DNA from: Bdellovibrionales bacterium
GTDB lineage: Bacteria > Bdellovibrionota > Bdellovibrionia > Bdellovibrionales > JAUICD01
Direction of reading: 5' to 3'
Assembly (NCBI GenBank): GCA_965262715.1
Contig: OZ253553.1
Coordinates: 1,312,001-1,376,000 of the forward strand
Length of the DNA: 64,000 bases
A model generated the notes under the pieces. It saw nothing but the letters and a program-made list of their open reading frames with translations. It was not told where the DNA came from and made no database searches. Shown in pieces: positions 1 through 13,599 of this stretch; within the stretch, counting starts at the first letter, position 1; each line of letters opens with the position of its first letter. Made by a program: the position numbers and the translations under genes.

Positions 1-198
1 AGCGGTGGAAGATTGAAAAATTTTCCTGAGCCTAGTCTAAGGATTTATTTTAAAATAGTCAATTGTTACCTTCATCTTGACACCATGCTTGTCATCACCA
101 TTGGTATTTCTTTTAGACTCATAACTAGTACTACATTGGCAAGTTAATGGTTTTGTATGGCTTTGTTGCACAAACATTTTGCGTAGAAGTTACATAAC

Positions 199-993
199 TC
201 AAAATTTTCCAAATACCCAAATATTATTCCCCTCAATTTCTGATTCTAAATGTGAAGGTTGCTGAGGTTTCATACCCATACCTTGAATGACAGTATGAGA
301 TGACTGACCATACTTTTTATTTAAATAAGCCATTAAACACCCTGCTCCCATCCCTGTTGCAGATTCTTCTGGTATTCCATAATAAGGAGCAAACATTCTT
401 GTCATACTTTCACAATTTTTAGGAGGAGACGTCAAATAGTAGCCTATTAAATTATATTCTTGACTTACTTTTTCAATTTCAGAATGAACAGGTTCTAATT
501 TTTCAATAGAATTCCAATCTGCTACTTCAATAACAAAAAATGATACGCCATTATTAATGTGTTTGACATCTACTAACTTGTCTAAAGAGAAATTTAAAAA
601 AGACGAAAATAGTTTAACTTTAAAATCTGGAACCTCATTGATAAATGAAAGTTTTTGCTGAATACCAATTTTATCAGCTTCTATTTTCACTTTAATTTCT
701 TGTCCTGAAATATGAACCTTATACACCCCAACAGGATACTTTTTAGATAAAATACCATAAGTCGCCACAGTTGCATGTCCACAAAAGTCAATTTGTTTAG
801 TTGGGGTATAAAACTCCATTTCTTCCTTTCCATTTTTGTGTTTAATATGAAATGCAGTTTCTGAAAATCCAAGTTCTTTAGCTATCGCTTGTTTTTCTAA
901 GGAGGTTAAACCATTGGCATTTAATACAACACCTGCCATATTACCACCTTCACCACTAGGAGTAACAAAAGCTTTTACAGCATATTTTTCCAT
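199..993 (-). CDS. PhzF-family isomerase/epimerase
   Basis: Motifs GGNMAGVV, AKELGFSETAF, FYTPTKQIDFCGHAT, RMFAPYYGIPEESATG. Confidence 0.92.
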   Translation of the reverse strand: MEKYAVKAFVTPSGEGGNMAGVVLNANGLTSLEKQAIAKELGFSETAFHIKHKNGKEEMEFYTPTKQIDFCGHATVATYGILSKKYPVGVYKVHISGQEIKVKIEADKIGIQQKLSFINEVPDFKVKLFSSFLNFSLDKLVDVKHINNGVSFFVIEVADWNSIEKLEPVHSEIEKVSQEYNLIGYYLTSPPKNCESMTRMFAPYYGIPEESATGMGAGCLMAYLNKKYGQSSHTVIQGMGMKPQQPSHLESEIEGNNIWVFGKF

Positions 994-1179
994 ATATCCT
1001 CCTTTTACTTTACCTATTGTCGTTATTGTGATTGAAGAATCTCACGACTGTCTGGCCGCGTTATATGACCTTATATTAATACTTTTTGTTATTGTTGTAC
1101 AAATATTAACTAGTAAAGTTTTCAAAGCTATTCAATAATAAAAAGAGTTAAATAAATAAAGTAATGAAGAGTACATGTT

Positions 1180-2865
1180 ATGAGAAACAAATATGTGACA
1201 ATCATTACATCGATAACTATTCTTGCTTGTTTCTTAGGGCTTTTCTATCAAGAAATTAGAGACCCGCAAACTGGAAGCTGGTCTTCAATTATCCCTTTAA
1301 TTCTAGTTATTATTCTATCCTTTACCACACAAAATGTATTGCTCAGTTTGATTATATCAGTGATCATAGGCAGTTTTTTCATCACAGTTTCTCCCGATCC
1401 AATGAGCTTAGGTCTTTGGGGACAAGGCCTTTGGAAATCTATAACCATCCCATATTATCAGATCACCGATATGATTAACTTTCAGATATTAGCCTTTATT
1501 ATACTCATCATGGCCTTTATTAATGTTATTGCAGTTGGAGGAGGCTTAAAGGCCATGGTTCAAAAACTATCTGTTTGGGCTAAGGACAGAACTTCCACTC
1601 AATTTATGACAGCTATTTTAGGATTAATCATGTTTATTGATGATTATGCAAATACAGTATTTGTAGGTTCTAGCATGCGTCCTCTTTCTGATCATTATCG
1701 TATTAGTCGAGAAAAACTTGCTTTTATTGTTGATGCCACAACAGCTCCTGTAGCTGGCTTAGCTGTTATTTCTACATGGATTGGGTATGAAATAGGTTTA
1801 TTCAAAGGCGTAAGTGAGCAACTTGACCTGGGTTTAAATGGATACAGTATGTTTTTAGATGCTTTGAGCTTTCGTTATTACTGCATCTTCATGTTATTTT
1901 TTGTTTTCCTGAACATCTTTTCAAAGAAAGATTATGGTCCTATGCGACATGCTGAAAAACGCGCGCTTCTAACAGGTCAAGTTGCACGAGGTCATAATAT
2001 GACTCATAGATATGAAAGATCTCACATTGATAAAACTTGTCATTTAAAAGTTGCTTTGATTCCTTTTATGATAATGTTTTTCGTCTTATTTTTTGGCCTT
2101 TGGGTAGATGGTGGAGGGCTAAAACTTATCGAAGATGCACCACTAGCATGGCTAAGCTTCACCCAATGGCGAGAAGTATTGATTAACTCTGAGAACAATG
2201 TGACAGTCTTATTACTTTCTTCGATTATTGGTTTGGGATCAGCTTCTATAATGACAATAATTTTTTCAAGATTGCCGTTAAAAAAGCTTGCGCTTGCAAT
2301 TTTGATAGGAGCTAAACACGCTCTTTTCCCATGTAGCGTCTTAATTTTAGCATGGTCTATCAAAACAATTTGCCAGGAACTTTACACAGCTAACTTTTTG
2401 ATATCTGTTCTAGCTAACTACCTAGACCCTACATGGTTTCCTTTTTTGTTATTTATCACAGCTGCACTCACTGCTTTTTGCACAGGTACAAGTTGGGGAA
2501 CTATGGCTATTTTGATTCCAGTAGCCATTCCTATCGCTTTTCAATTAGATGGAAGCACATACAGTCTAGTTACTATAATTTGTTTGGGCGCTATTTTAGA
2601 TGGAGCTATTTTTGGAGATCATTGCTCTATCATCTCTGATACAACTGTTCTTTCTTCTATCGCTACTGAATGTGATCACATAGACCATGTGAAAACCCAA
2701 ATGCCTTATAGTATCATGGTGGCTATTGTAGCTGCATTTTTTGGTTATTTAAGCGCAGCTGCAGGCGTAAGCACATTCATTAATATCATTATAGGTATGG
2801 TAGCTTTAACTATCTTACACTTAGTCCTCTGTAAATTAGGAGATAATAAGTCCCACAATGAATAG
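1180..2865 (+). CDS. Na+/H+ antiporter NhaC-family membrane protein
   Basis: Multi-TM protein with FIDDYAN, SREKLAFIVD, TGTSWGT, GAIFGDHCS, DHVKTQMPY. Confidence 0.88.
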   Translation: MRNKYVTIITSITILACFLGLFYQEIRDPQTGSWSSIIPLILVIILSFTTQNVLLSLIISVIIGSFFITVSPDPMSLGLWGQGLWKSITIPYYQITDMINFQILAFIILIMAFINVIAVGGGLKAMVQKLSVWAKDRTSTQFMTAILGLIMFIDDYANTVFVGSSMRPLSDHYRISREKLAFIVDATTAPVAGLAVISTWIGYEIGLFKGVSEQLDLGLNGYSMFLDALSFRYYCIFMLFFVFLNIFSKKDYGPMRHAEKRALLTGQVARGHNMTHRYERSHIDKTCHLKVALIPFMIMFFVLFFGLWVDGGGLKLIEDAPLAWLSFTQWREVLINSENNVTVLLLSSIIGLGSASIMTIIFSRLPLKKLALAILIGAKHALFPCSVLILAWSIKTICQELYTANFLISVLANYLDPTWFPFLLFITAALTAFCTGTSWGTMAILIPVAIPIAFQLDGSTYSLVTIICLGAILDGAIFGDHCSIISDTTVLSSIATECDHIDHVKTQMPYSIMVAIVAAFFGYLSAAAGVSTFINIIIGMVALTILHLVLCKLGDNKSHNE

Positions 2866-2880
2866 CTTTGAACACTTCAC

Positions 2881-2980
2881 GTCAGATTATATGATCCAAC
2901 TCCTATTATTGGCTCATTAGATAATTAGATTCAAGGTCAAACTAAAGTGGTAGATGCCTTTACCATCCCACTTGAATAAT
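2881..2980 (+). pseudogene. Degenerate copy of the last ~100 nt of the 3217-4038 gene
   Basis: ttattggctcattagataattagattcaaggtcaaactaaagtggtagatgcctttaccatcccacttgaataa closely matches 3940-4040. Confidence 0.75.
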
Positions 2981-3216
2981 CTACTTTATTAAACGTGAGC
3001 ACAGGAAGTAATTTTGAGACGAGTTCTAAAAACATCCTCTATATAGTGTATTCAAAGGACTATGACACAATAAGTCCCTCAGAAAGATGACAACAACCTT
3101 TAACTATTTGACAAAAATAACCTATAAGTTATTCTATTTTTAATTAAATGTAACTTCAAGTCGCATCAAAAAATCATTATCCAATTTTAGATTTAAATAA
3201 AAAGTTAATAAGGACA

Positions 3217-4038
3217 ATGAAAATACCTAGTTTGAAAAATATCATTATTATTTTTTCTATTATGGCATTTACAAGTCAACACACCTCTCTGGCAAATGAT
3301 ATTTATCAAAAATTTACAAAATATAATGAATGTATAACAACAAATGAGATGATACCTTATTTTATGGATTCACTTTCCAATAATTCCTATTTACTTGAAA
3401 ATGGATATCAGATTGTTCCTCAATCTGGACGGTTCACCTATCCTGGTAGTACGATAGTGGTAACAGGTTTCTTTATGATTACTGGAGGTAGTGTCGCTGC
3501 AGCTATCATTTCTCCTGGATACTTTTTTTGGGGTGCTGGTCTTGTTTTAACTGCTGTTGCCCCTAATCTCGATCCTCATTACGATGGCGATAATTATAAT
3601 TCTTTTCATAATGCAAGTTGGGGCACTATTCTTGGAACACTTGCTGGAAAGACTACCAATATTAATATTTCTGGTATAGTTGTCTCTGCTATTGCTGGGG
3701 GAATTGTTAGCACTTTTGGTATTGATGATACATACAATTTTTATCAAAACAGATTAAAGCTTCAATTTAACCTTTTAGATAAAAGTGGGCAACCAGTTGA
3801 TGCCTCTTGCTTAGCATTTTTTGCTTACAATCAAACTCAACATGTTCTAGTTACTGAATATGATGCTTGTTATTTGAGAGTAATAACAGGTCAAGAAAAT
3901 ACACCACTCACTAAAATTCCTCAAACAGTAGACGGCCTAGTCAGATTGGATAAAACAACCTTTATTATTGGCTCATTAGATGATTGGATTCAAGGTCAAA
4001 CCAAAGTGGTAGATGCCTTCACCATTCCTCTCGAATAG
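3217..4038 (+). CDS. Hypothetical secreted/membrane protein
   Basis: 273-aa ORF with AAGGA RBS, signal-peptide-like N-terminus and Gly-rich hydrophobic segments. Confidence 0.7.
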   Translation: MKIPSLKNIIIIFSIMAFTSQHTSLANDIYQKFTKYNECITTNEMIPYFMDSLSNNSYLLENGYQIVPQSGRFTYPGSTIVVTGFFMITGGSVAAAIISPGYFFWGAGLVLTAVAPNLDPHYDGDNYNSFHNASWGTILGTLAGKTTNINISGIVVSAIAGGIVSTFGIDDTYNFYQNRLKLQFNLLDKSGQPVDASCLAFFAYNQTQHVLVTEYDACYLRVITGQENTPLTKIPQTVDGLVRLDKTTFIIGSLDDWIQGQTKVVDAFTIPLE

Positions 4039-4109
4039 ATAACATCTATTTATTTTTCTTTTTTTATAGATATTGCTGTGAACAACCAGTCAATCAATGT
4101 TTACCAACA

Positions 4110-4577
4110 TCACCATTTGTAGTGAGCAAAGACTTTATTAGCCTCTGCCATCTTATGGACATCATCTCGCTTCTTAAAAGCACTTCCACGATTGTTATAG
4201 GCCTCTGATAACTCTCCAGCTAGCCTTTTGGACATTGTCTTTTCATTACGCTTCCTAGCAATCTGAATAAGCCACCTCATTGCCAATGTGAGTTGCCTGC
4301 TGGGCCGAATATCCATCGGAACTTGATAAGTGGATCCACCAATTCTTCTAGAGCGTACCTCAAGCGCTGGCTTGATGTTTTCTACTGCCTTTTTAAAGGT
4401 TGCCATAGGATCATCAAAAGACTTTTTTAACTCTGAAAGAGCATCGTAAAAAATCTTTTGCGCAATAGACTTCTTACCATCTTGCATGATCTGATTGACA
4501 AATTTAGCCACCAAAATATCATTATGCACTGGGTCTGGAATCACTTCTCTTTTATAATTACCCTTTCTACGAGACAT
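4110..4577 (-). CDS. rpsG: 30S ribosomal protein S7
   Basis: MSRRK..., [28 protein letters not shown]. Confidence 0.99.
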   Translation of the reverse strand: MSRRKGNYKREVIPDPVHNDILVAKFVNQIMQDGKKSIAQKIFYDALSELKKSFDDPMATFKKAVENIKPALEVRSRRIGGSTYQVPMDIRPSRQLTLAMRWLIQIARKRNEKTMSKRLAGELSEAYNNRGSAFKKRDDVHKMAEANKVFAHYKW

Positions 4578-4586
4578 GTTTCTCCT

Positions 4587-4964
4587 TTAAGACTTTTTAG
4601 GTTTTTTTGTACCATACTTTGATCTTGAATGAAGGCGGTTTTGTACACCTTGAGTGTCTAAAACCCCACGTACAATATGATATTTCACTCCAGGAATATC
4701 CTTTACACGACCGCCACGGATCAAAACCACACTGTGCTCCTGAAGATTATGACCAATACCTGGAATATAAGCCGTAACTTCATAACCATTAGATAACTTC
4801 ACGCGAGCCACCTTTCTCAATGCAGAGTTTGGCTTCTTAGGCGTCTGAGTGTAAACTCGCGTACAAACTCCTCTCTTTTGAGGAGACTCTGCGAGTGCAG
4901 GAGACTTTGTCCTTGCTTTTTGCAACTTACGTGGCTTTCTAACTAGTTGATTGATGGTAGGCAC
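4587..4964 (-). CDS. rpsL: 30S ribosomal protein S12 (GTG start)
   Basis: [33 protein letters not shown]. Confidence 0.99.
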   Translation of the reverse strand: MPTINQLVRKPRKLQKARTKSPALAESPQKRGVCTRVYTQTPKKPNSALRKVARVKLSNGYEVTAYIPGIGHNLQEHSVVLIRGGRVKDIPGVKYHIVRGVLDTQGVQNRLHSRSKYGTKKPKKS

Positions 4965-4996
4965 TTTCTACCCTCCTTTTTTTTATATCAAATTAT

Positions 4997-7900
4997 CTAA
5001 CTTTGAGCACTCGATGCCGTAGTCGGATCTACTGTGCTCATACGACCAAAAGACAAAGCTTCAGGTTTTTCTTCTTCTTCTTTCTTCTGAACATTGATCT
5101 TCCAATTTTTATAACAAGGAAGCCCTGTTCCAGCAGGTATCAAACGTCCCATAATAATATTTTCCTTCAACCCCTTTAAGTTATCTGTAAAACCAGAAAT
5201 AACAGCTTCTGTTAAAACTTTGGTTGTCTCCTGGAATGAAGCAGCAGAAATCCAACTATCTGTGCTCAAGCTCGCCTTAGTGATCCCAAGCAGCAGTGGC
5301 TCATAAGTTGCCGCCTGACCACCTTCTTCTAAAATCCTTGCATTGACTTTTTCAAAGTCTATTTTCTCTACTTGCTCCCCTACTAAAAATAAAGTGCTGC
5401 CAGGATCTAAAACTTTTACCTTTTTTAACATCTGCCTTACAATCACCTCAATATGCTTATCATTAATAGGTACACCTTGAAGTCTATAAACCTCTTGTAT
5501 TTCATTGACCATATAAGAAGATAACTCCTTACTTCCTAGAACAGTCAAAATATCATGAGGGTTTGTTGGCCCATCCATCAAAGGCTCACCTGCCTTAACG
5601 AATTCTCCTTCATGGACAGCAATGTGTTTACCCTTTGGAATTAAATATTCCATTGCTTCTCCTGAAAGAGGCGTGATAACCACTCGCTGCTTGCCCTTAA
5701 GGTCCTTACCGAAACTCACATATCCGTCAATCTCTGTCACAATAGCTGCTTCTTTTGGTTTTCTAGCTTCAAAAAGCTCTGCCACCCGTGGTAAACCTCC
5801 AGTGATATCTTTTGTCTTTGTTGTCTCTCTATGAATCTTAGCAATGACATCTCCTGCTATCGCCTCAGAAGCATTTGACACTAACAACTGAGCTCCTATA
5901 GGAAGTCTGTATTGCGCTCCTAAGGACCTCTCTGGTAATTTAATTTGATTCCCATCTTTGTCTACAAGAAGAACTGCAGGTCTTAATTTTGCCTCCTTAC
6001 CTCCTATAATAACCCTTGTTGAAAATCCTGTGACCGGATCAACTTGATCAGATAAAGTCACGCCCTCCTCTATATCCACATATTGGATGGTACCTGAAAC
6101 CTCTGTCACAATAGGGTGATATAAGGGTCCCATTCCACCAACACTTGCCCCTTCTTAAGAGAATCTCCATCTTTGACATTAAGAATGGCCCCGTAGTTCA
6201 AAGAAAATCGATCCCTCTCACGACCCGTCTTATCATAAACAACTAAATAACCATTACGGTTCATGACAGTTAGTTTTTTATCCCTATTTTCCACAAAAAT
6301 GACATCTTCAAATCGAGCTATACCGTCATAACGAGCTTCAGAAACAGACTGCTCTACTGTCCGTGTCGCTGTTCCACCTAAGTGAAATGTTCTCATGGTT
6401 AACTGTGTTCCAGGCTCACCAATCGACTGAGCCGCAATGATTCCAATAGCCTCACCTAAATTCACTAGGTTACCACGAGCCAAATCACGACCATAACACA
6501 TCGCGCAAACACCCCGTTGAGTGTTACAAGTTAAAACGGATCGGATCTGAATAGACTCAATACCTCTTTCTTTCATTTTGATCACAACATCTTCTGTGAT
6601 TTCTTCATTTCTAGAAAGAATAACTTCATTGGAATATGGATCTATAATGTCATCAAAAGCCACTCTCCCTAAAACTCTCTCACCTAATGCCTCAATAACT
6701 TCACCACCATCTGTAAGAGCACGTACTGTGATACCATCAGTTGTTTGACAATCCCACTCTAAAACAGTAGAGTCTTGAGCCGCATCCACAAGTCTCCTTG
6801 TTAAGTATCCCGAGTTAGCTGTTTTTAAAGCTGTATCTGCTAAGCCTTTTCTCGCACCATGTGTAGAAATAAAATATTGTAAAACAGAAAGCCCCTCTCT
6901 AAAATTAGCTGTAATAGGAGATTCAATAATTTCACCAGAAGGTTTGGCCATCAAGCCCCGCATACCAGCTAGCTGACGAATCTGAGCTGCAGAACCTCGA
7001 GCCCCTGAATCTGCCATCACAAATATGCTGTTAAAGCTTGGCCCTCTCACACTCTTACCATCTACAATAAACTCTTCTGTTTCAATTTCATTCATTAACT
7101 TCTTGGCAACGACATCCGAAGTCTGAGCCCAAAGATCCACCACTTTATTATAACGTTCCCCCTCTGTAATTAAGCCCTCATCATACTGCCTTTGAATTTC
7201 TTGAACCTGAACATCAGCCTCTTCAATCATCTTAGATTTAGAACCAGGTATGAGCATATCATCCAAACAAATAGAAATCCCTGCAGTAGTTGAATGTTTA
7301 AATCCTGTCTGCATCAACCGATCTGCTAGCAGTACAGTTGCCTTTCCTCCATTAGACCTAAAACAAGCATCTATAAGATTTGCAATTTCTTTTTTATCCA
7401 TGATCCGGTTGATAAGATCAAAAGGAATTGGATTGGGAATATCTTTTGGTATAACATCCAACAAAAGAACTCTTCCTGCAGTAGTCTCATGTATCTTACC
7501 ATCAATACGAACTTTTATGCGAGCTTGTAATTCCAGTTGCTTATCCTCATAAGCAAAAATAACCTCCTCGATACTAGCAAATATACGATCTGTTCCTCTT
7601 GCATTCAATCTTTCCCTTGTCATCCAATAAAGTCCTAAAACCACATCTTGAGAAGGATTGATAATTGGACGTCCATTTGCTGGTGATAAAATATTGTTTG
7701 TAGACATCATCAACACTCGAGCCTCAACCTGAGCCTCAATAGATAAAGGAACATGCACAGCCATTTGATCGCCATCAAAGTCAGCATTATAAGCTGTACA
7801 CACAAGAGGATGTAATTGAATAGCCTTTGTGTCATTTAATACTGGCTCAAAAGCCTGAATTCCAAGTCTGTGAAGAGTAGGAGCTCTATTGAGTAAAACA

Positions 7901-9165
7901 GGGTGCTCTTTAACAACTTCTGCTAATATATCCCAAACCTCATTTTTCTCCTGTTCTACAATACGCTTAGCCTGTTTAATGGTAGATGTAATCCCTTTTT
8001 CTTCTAGGCGATTATAAATAAATGGCTTAAAAAGTTCTAAGGCCATCTTTTTAGGTAGACCACATTGATGTAGTTTCAAGTGAGAGCCAACCACAATCAC
8101 AGAACGACCAGAATAATCAACCCTCTTTCCTAAAAGATTTTGACGGAAACGACCCTGTTTACCTTTAAGCATGTCACTCAAAGAACGTAAAGGACGTTTG
8201 TTCTGACCTGTAAAGACTTTGCCACGACGACCATTATCAAACAAAGCATCCACAGCTTCCTGAAGCATACGCTTTTCATTGCGAATAATAATTTCAGGCG
8301 CGGATAGCTCTTGTAGTCTTTTTAATCTATTATTTCTATTGATCACCCTACGGTAAAGATCGTTCAAATCAGATGTTGCAAAACGACCTCCATCTAAAGG
8401 CACCAATGGACGCAAATCTGGAGGAATCACCGGAACCACATCCATCATCATCCACTCAGGCTTATTTGATGAACCTTTAAAAGCCTCAACTACTTTCAAC
8501 CTTTTTGTTAGTTTTTTAATCTGAGCTTCTGATTTAGTTTCTTTTATCTCTTGTCGCAATTGATGTGAAAGACTCTCTATATCAATCTTTTTTAAAAGCT
8601 CCTTAACAGCACTGCCACCCATTGATGTTTTAAATGCAGCTCCATGATCATCCACCGCTTTTTTGTACTGATCTTCTGATAAGATTGTCCCAACTTCTAA
8701 CGGTGTCTCCAAAGGGTCAATGACCACATGAGCTTCACAATATAAAACACGCTCTACATCTTTAAGAGTCATGCCTAAGAGATTACCAATACGGCTAGGC
8801 AGTGACCTTAAAAACCAAATATGAGCCACAGGAGCTGTCAGTTCTATATGCCCCATACGTTCTCGACGCACTTTGCTTTGTGAAACTTCCACACCACATT
8901 TCTCGCAAACCACTCCTCGGTATTTCATTCTTTTGTATTTGCCACAAAGACATTCATAATCCTTAACAGGACCAAAAATCTTAGCGCAAAAGAGTCCATC
9001 CCTTTCTGGTTTAAAAGTTCTGTAGTTAATTGTTTCAGGCTTTTTTACCTCTCCATAAGACCAATTGCGAATCATTTCTGAAGATGCAAGAGATATTTTC
9101 ACTGCATTAAACGCTAAAGGGTCTTTGGGTTTATCAAAAAAATTAAGTAGATCTCTCACTACCAT
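4997..9165 (-). CDS. rpoC: RNA polymerase beta-prime subunit, split into ORFs 6106-9165 and 4997-6133 by a 1-nt deletion near 6114-6116
   Basis: NADFDGD catalytic motif, [21 protein letters not shown]; one extra base at 6114-6116 restores [15 protein letters not shown]. Confidence 0.98.
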
Positions 9166-9274
9166 TCTCCTTAAAATCTTATAAAATAAATATTCTCTTT
9201 ATATCTTTATTATAATTATCTCACTGTAAAGTTCCACCATCTATCGTCACAGATGGCTCAGATATATCATTATT

Positions 9275-12200
9275 TTATTGACCACTATCATCACTACTTT
9301 CTTCACTTGGCTTATCTGTTAAATAATCAGATTCTACAAGCTCAATATTGAGCGCTAAGCTCTGCAGCTCCTTAACTAAGACATTAAATGATTCAGGAAG
9401 CCCTGGCTCTAAAACATTATCACCTTTAACTAAACTCTCGTACATACGAGTACGTCCAGCCACATCATCTGATTTTACAGTTAAAAATTCTTGTAATAAA
9501 TAAGCCGCGCCATAAGCCTCTATAGCCCAAACCTCCATCTCTCCCAATCTCTGACCACCAAATTGAGCTTTTCCGCCCAAAGGTTGTTGACTAACTAAAG
9601 AATAAGGCCCTATCGACCTAGCATGAATCTTCTCATCTACTAAATGATGAAGTTTTAACATATACATCACACCTACTGTGACTGGATTTTCAAAAGGCTC
9701 ACCACTACGTCCATCAAAGAGAACTGTTTGACCCCTTGTAGGCAACTTGGCTTGCTTTAATAGCTTTTTAATTTCATCTTCCTTAGCGCCATCAAAAACA
9801 GGGGTCGCAACATGAATGCCCTTTTTCATATAATTTAATATATTTTTTAGAGACTCATCATCAGCCTCCTTTATTTTTTTCTCTAAAGACGGCATTCCTT
9901 TAAATGTCTCAAGTAAAGTTGACCTAACTGTATCAGCTTGATAATTATCTACAAACTGTTGCAGGTGCTCACCTAAAGATTTTGCAGCCCAACCCAAATG
10001 AGTCTCTAAAATCTGACCGATATTCATCCGAGAAGGAACCCCTAACGGATTGAGAATCATGTCCACAGATGCCCCATCTGCCATATAAGGCATGTCCTCT
10101 TCAGGCAAAACACGAGAAATCACACCTTTGTTCCCATGCCGCCCTGCAAACTTATCTCCCACCTGAAGTTTTCGCTTAATAGCAACATATACCTTAACTG
10201 TTTTGATAATACCAGGGGGAAGTTCATCACCTTTGTGAAGACGATCAGTTTTTTCATCAAAAACCATTTTTATGGCATCTAATTGACGACGACCTCTATC
10301 TGTTATTCGAAAAACAGGATCTTCTAACTTGGGAGATAATGGAATGTAACTGAGCAATTTAAAAGGTATGGTCTCAATATCCTCCTCAGAAATAGCCTGA
10401 CCACTTGCTAAAAGCTGTTGAGACCCATCTTCATTCAATAAAATATCTGTAGTTTTTTCCCCGACAAGAAGCTCTCTAAGCTGATCAATTGTGTTATTTT
10501 TAATAACATTTTGCTCAATCTCCAAATCTTTTTGAAGCTTCGTCACCTTTTCCTCAATGATATGTTGCAATCGTGTATCCTTATCATTAGGTTCACGACT
10601 ATAAATTTGCGCATCTATCACTGTTCCTACAACTCCAGAAGGAACTCTAAGTGATGTGTCTTTTACATCCCCTGCCTTCTCACCAAAAATAGCTCTTAAA
10701 AGCTTTTCTTCCGGAGAAAGCTGTGTTTCTCCCTTAGGTGTCACCTTACCAACAAGAATATCACCAGGCTTAACTTCTGCGCCAATGTGTACAATACCAC
10801 TAAGATCAAGGTCCTTCATGGCTTCCTCTCCTACATTGGCAATATCTCTAGTGATCTCTTCCTTACCTAACTTGGTATCTCTGGCTACACATTCAAACTC
10901 TTCTATGTGAATAGATGTAAATGTTTCTTCCTTGATCAATTTTTCAGAAATTAAAATCGAATCTTCAAAGTTATAACCTTGCCAAGGGGTAAATGCAATA
11001 AGGACATTACGGCCTAAGGCCAATTCTCCAAGCTCCGTAGAAGGACCATCGGCAATCACATCTCCCACCTTCACCTTATGCCCCACTTCAACAATAGGCT
11101 TTTGGTTAAAACATGTGTTCTGATTCGTCCTTTGATATTTCATCAAATTGTAAATATCAACATTAGCTCCCAGTCCTCCTGTTTTAGCTAACTTTCTAAT
11201 GACAATACGTGAAGCATCAACCTCCTCCACAACTCCTTCATTTTTACAAATAACACATGTCCCTGAATCATGGGCAACCAATTTTTCCATCCCTGTGCCC
11301 ACCAAAGGAGCCTCTGTATGTAAAAGAGGAACAGCTTGACGTTGCATATTAGAACCCATAAGAGCTCGGTTGGCATCATCGTGTTCTAAAAATGGAATCA
11401 AAGAAGCTGCAATAGAAACTAGCTGATTAGGAGAAACATCCACTAATGTCACTTTGTCTTTCTCTACAGTTTTGTACTCACCATTGTACCGCACATTAAT
11501 ATTACCATGTCGATCCCCCTCAAGACGAGATTGTCCCTGTGCTTGAGCAATGTAATGTCCTTTCTCTTCTAAAGCAGAAAGGTATTTAACATCAGAACTA
11601 AGTCGATCCTTATTCACAGAATAATATGGAGTTTCAATAAATCCATGTCTGTTAATTCTTGCAAAACTTGCAAGAGAAGCAATCAAACCAATGTTAGGAC
11701 CTTCAGGTGTTTCAATAGGACAAATACGCCCATAATGAGTCGGATGCACATCACGCACTTCAAATCCAGCACGATCCCTAGTCAAACCACCAGGCCCCAA
11801 AGCTGAGAGCCTCCTCTTATGAGTGATTTCAGATAAAGGATTGGTTTGATCCATAAACTGTGACAGCTGTGAAGAACCAAAAAACTCTTTCACCATCACA
11901 TTAACAGGCTTTGCATTCACTAAATCATGAGGCATCATTGTCTCAATATCTTGAATGCTCATCCTTTCACGAATGGCACGCTCCATACGTACTAAGCCAA
12001 TACGGTATTGATTTTCTAAAAGCTCTCCTACTGAACGAATACGTCGATTGCCTAAATGGTCGATATCATCTATACGACCACGCCCATTTTTAAGGTCAAT
12101 TAACGTTTTTACAATGTGTACAATATCCTGCTTATTAAGTACCTTTGTATCAAGAGAGACTTCATCAAAGCTAAATCCAAATTTGTAATTGATCTTTAAA

Positions 12201-13444
12201 CGCCCCACCTCTGACAAATTATATGTTTCAGGATCAAAAAATAATTTATGTAGAAAAGACTGAGCAGCTTCTAAAACAGGAGGTTCACTAGGCCTCATTC
12301 TCTTATAAACATCCAATAAAGCCTCTTCTTGATTAGACACCTTATCGATAAGAAGTGTATTTCTTAAATAAGGGCCTACAGCCAAACCATCAAAAAAAAT
12401 CACCTTAAATTGTTTTATTTTAGCCTTACGGAACTGACTTAAAAGATCATCTGTAATCTCTACATTGGCTTCTGCTAAGACTTCACCTGTCTCTTTATTA
12501 ACAACAGGTTTACCAATGATCTTTCCAATAAGAGTTTCCGTATCGATAGCACAGGTCTTAAGATTAAGATCTTGTATATTCTTAGAAATAGCCCTTGATA
12601 TCCGACGCCCTTGTTTAACCAAAACCTTCCCAGTTTTCGGATCCTTAATATCAGATAAACACCTTTGACCTACCATTCTCTCAATCTCTAGTGTCCTAGT
12701 GATTTTTTCTCCTCTCTCTAAGGTGACCGTATCTAGATGATAAAACATCTCTAAAAGTTCCTCTACATTGTAACCTAATGCTTTTAGCAAGATAGTGGCT
12801 GGAAATTTTCTACCCCTATCAATACGCGCATAAAGCAAATCCTTTTGATCAAAGTCCAAGTCTAACCAAGAACCTCTATATGGTATCACTCTTGCATTGT
12901 AGAGAAGCTTACCGCTAGATGCATTTTTCCCCTGATCATGGTCAAAGAAAACACCCGGTGAACGATGAAGTTGAGAAACAACGACACGCTCTGTACCGTT
13001 AATGATAAAAGAGCCATCTGCTGTCATAAGAGGAATTTCGCCTAAATAAATCTCCTGCTCTTTGACATCCCTTATAGACTTAACTTCTGATTGTGCGTCT
13101 GTTTCAAAGACGACCAACCGTAAGGTGACCTTGATAGGGGCAGCATAGGTCATTCCTCTCTGACGGCATTCATCCACATAATACTTAGAAGGCTCTAAAG
13201 TATAACCAACAAACTCAAGGCTACATGTTTGATTGAAATTGGTGATTGGAAAGACAGACTTAAAAACTCCATTTAATCCAGAATCTGGCCTTCTATCACT
13301 ATCTATATCTTTTTGTAAAAACTCTTCATAAGAATGCCTTTGGAGTTCAATTAAATTAGGAATTTCAACGGTTTTTTTCGCCTTACCGTAAGAACGCCTT
13401 AAACGTAAATTAGATGCTGTAATAGGTGTAGTCATTTCTTGCAA
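9275..13444 (-). CDS. rpoB: RNA polymerase beta subunit (start probably ATG 13435)
   Basis: [47 protein letters not shown]. Confidence 0.99.
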   Translation of the reverse strand: MQEMTTPITASNLRLRRSYGKAKKTVEIPNLIELQRHSYEEFLQKDIDSDRRPDSGLNGVFKSVFPITNFNQTCSLEFVGYTLEPSKYYVDECRQRGMTYAAPIKVTLRLVVFETDAQSEVKSIRDVKEQEIYLGEIPLMTADGSFIINGTERVVVSQLHRSPGVFFDHDQGKNASSGKLLYNARVIPYRGSWLDLDFDQKDLLYARIDRGRKFPATILLKALGYNVEELLEMFYHLDTVTLERGEKITRTLEIERMVGQRCLSDIKDPKTGKVLVKQGRRISRAISKNIQDLNLKTCAIDTETLIGKIIGKPVVNKETGEVLAEANVEITDDLLSQFRKAKIKQFKVIFFDGLAVGPYLRNTLLIDKVSNQEEALLDVYKRMRPSEPPVLEAAQSFLHKLFFDPETYNLSEVGRLKINYKFGFSFDEVSLDTKVLNKQDIVHIVKTLIDLKNGRGRIDDIDHLGNRRIRSVGELLENQYRIGLVRMERAIRERMSIQDIETMMPHDLVNAKPVNVMVKEFFGSSQLSQFMDQTNPLSEITHKRRLSALGPGGLTRDRAGFEVRDVHPTHYGRICPIETPEGPNIGLIASLASFARINRHGFIETPYYSVNKDRLSSDVKYLSALEEKGHYIAQAQGQSRLEGDRHGNINVRYNGEYKTVEKDKVTLVDVSPNQLVSIAASLIPFLEHDDANRALMGSNMQRQAVPLLHTEAPLVGTGMEKLVAHDSGTCVICKNEGVVEEVDASRIVIRKLAKTGGLGANVDIYNLMKYQRTNQNTCFNQKPIVEVGHKVKVGDVIADGPSTELGELALGRNVLIAFTPWQGYNFEDSILISEKLIKEETFTSIHIEEFECVARDTKLGKEEITRDIANVGEEAMKDLDLSGIVHIGAEVKPGDILVGKVTPKGETQLSPEEKLLRAIFGEKAGDVKDTSLRVPSGVVGTVIDAQIYSREPNDKDTRLQHIIEEKVTKLQKDLEIEQNVIKNNTIDQLRELLVGEKTTDILLNEDGSQQLLASGQAISEEDIETIPFKLLSYIPLSPKLEDPVFRITDRGRRQLDAIKMVFDEKTDRLHKGDELPPGIIKTVKVYVAIKRKLQVGDKFAGRHGNKGVISRVLPEEDMPYMADGASVDMILNPLGVPSRMNIGQILETHLGWAAKSLGEHLQQFVDNYQADTVRSTLLETFKGMPSLEKKIKEADDESLKNILNYMKKGIHVATPVFDGAKEDEIKKLLKQAKLPTRGQTVLFDGRSGEPFENPVTVGVMYMLKLHHLVDEKIHARSIGPYSLVSQQPLGGKAQFGGQRLGEMEVWAIEAYGAAYLLQEFLTVKSDDVAGRTRMYESLVKGDNVLEPGLPESFNVLVKELQSLALNIELVESDYLTDKPSEESSDDSGQ

Positions 13445-13599
13445 ACCCCCTCTTTAATAAAGTGTCTTTGCCTAAGATCTTTAACAGCATAAAATAACGA
13501 GCTGTGGCTTAATTATTTATATTTCGTAAAAAAATCACCACAAATCCATTTATTAAAAACCCACTGACCTTCGATATCAGTTATAAATTTATTGAAGAT

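Noticed and set aside
1015..1070. Possible integron attC-like ends near phzF and at 42300-42340 (TAAC...GTTAT)
   Set aside because: No integrase, no cassette array, wrong orientation or too short for a full attC fold
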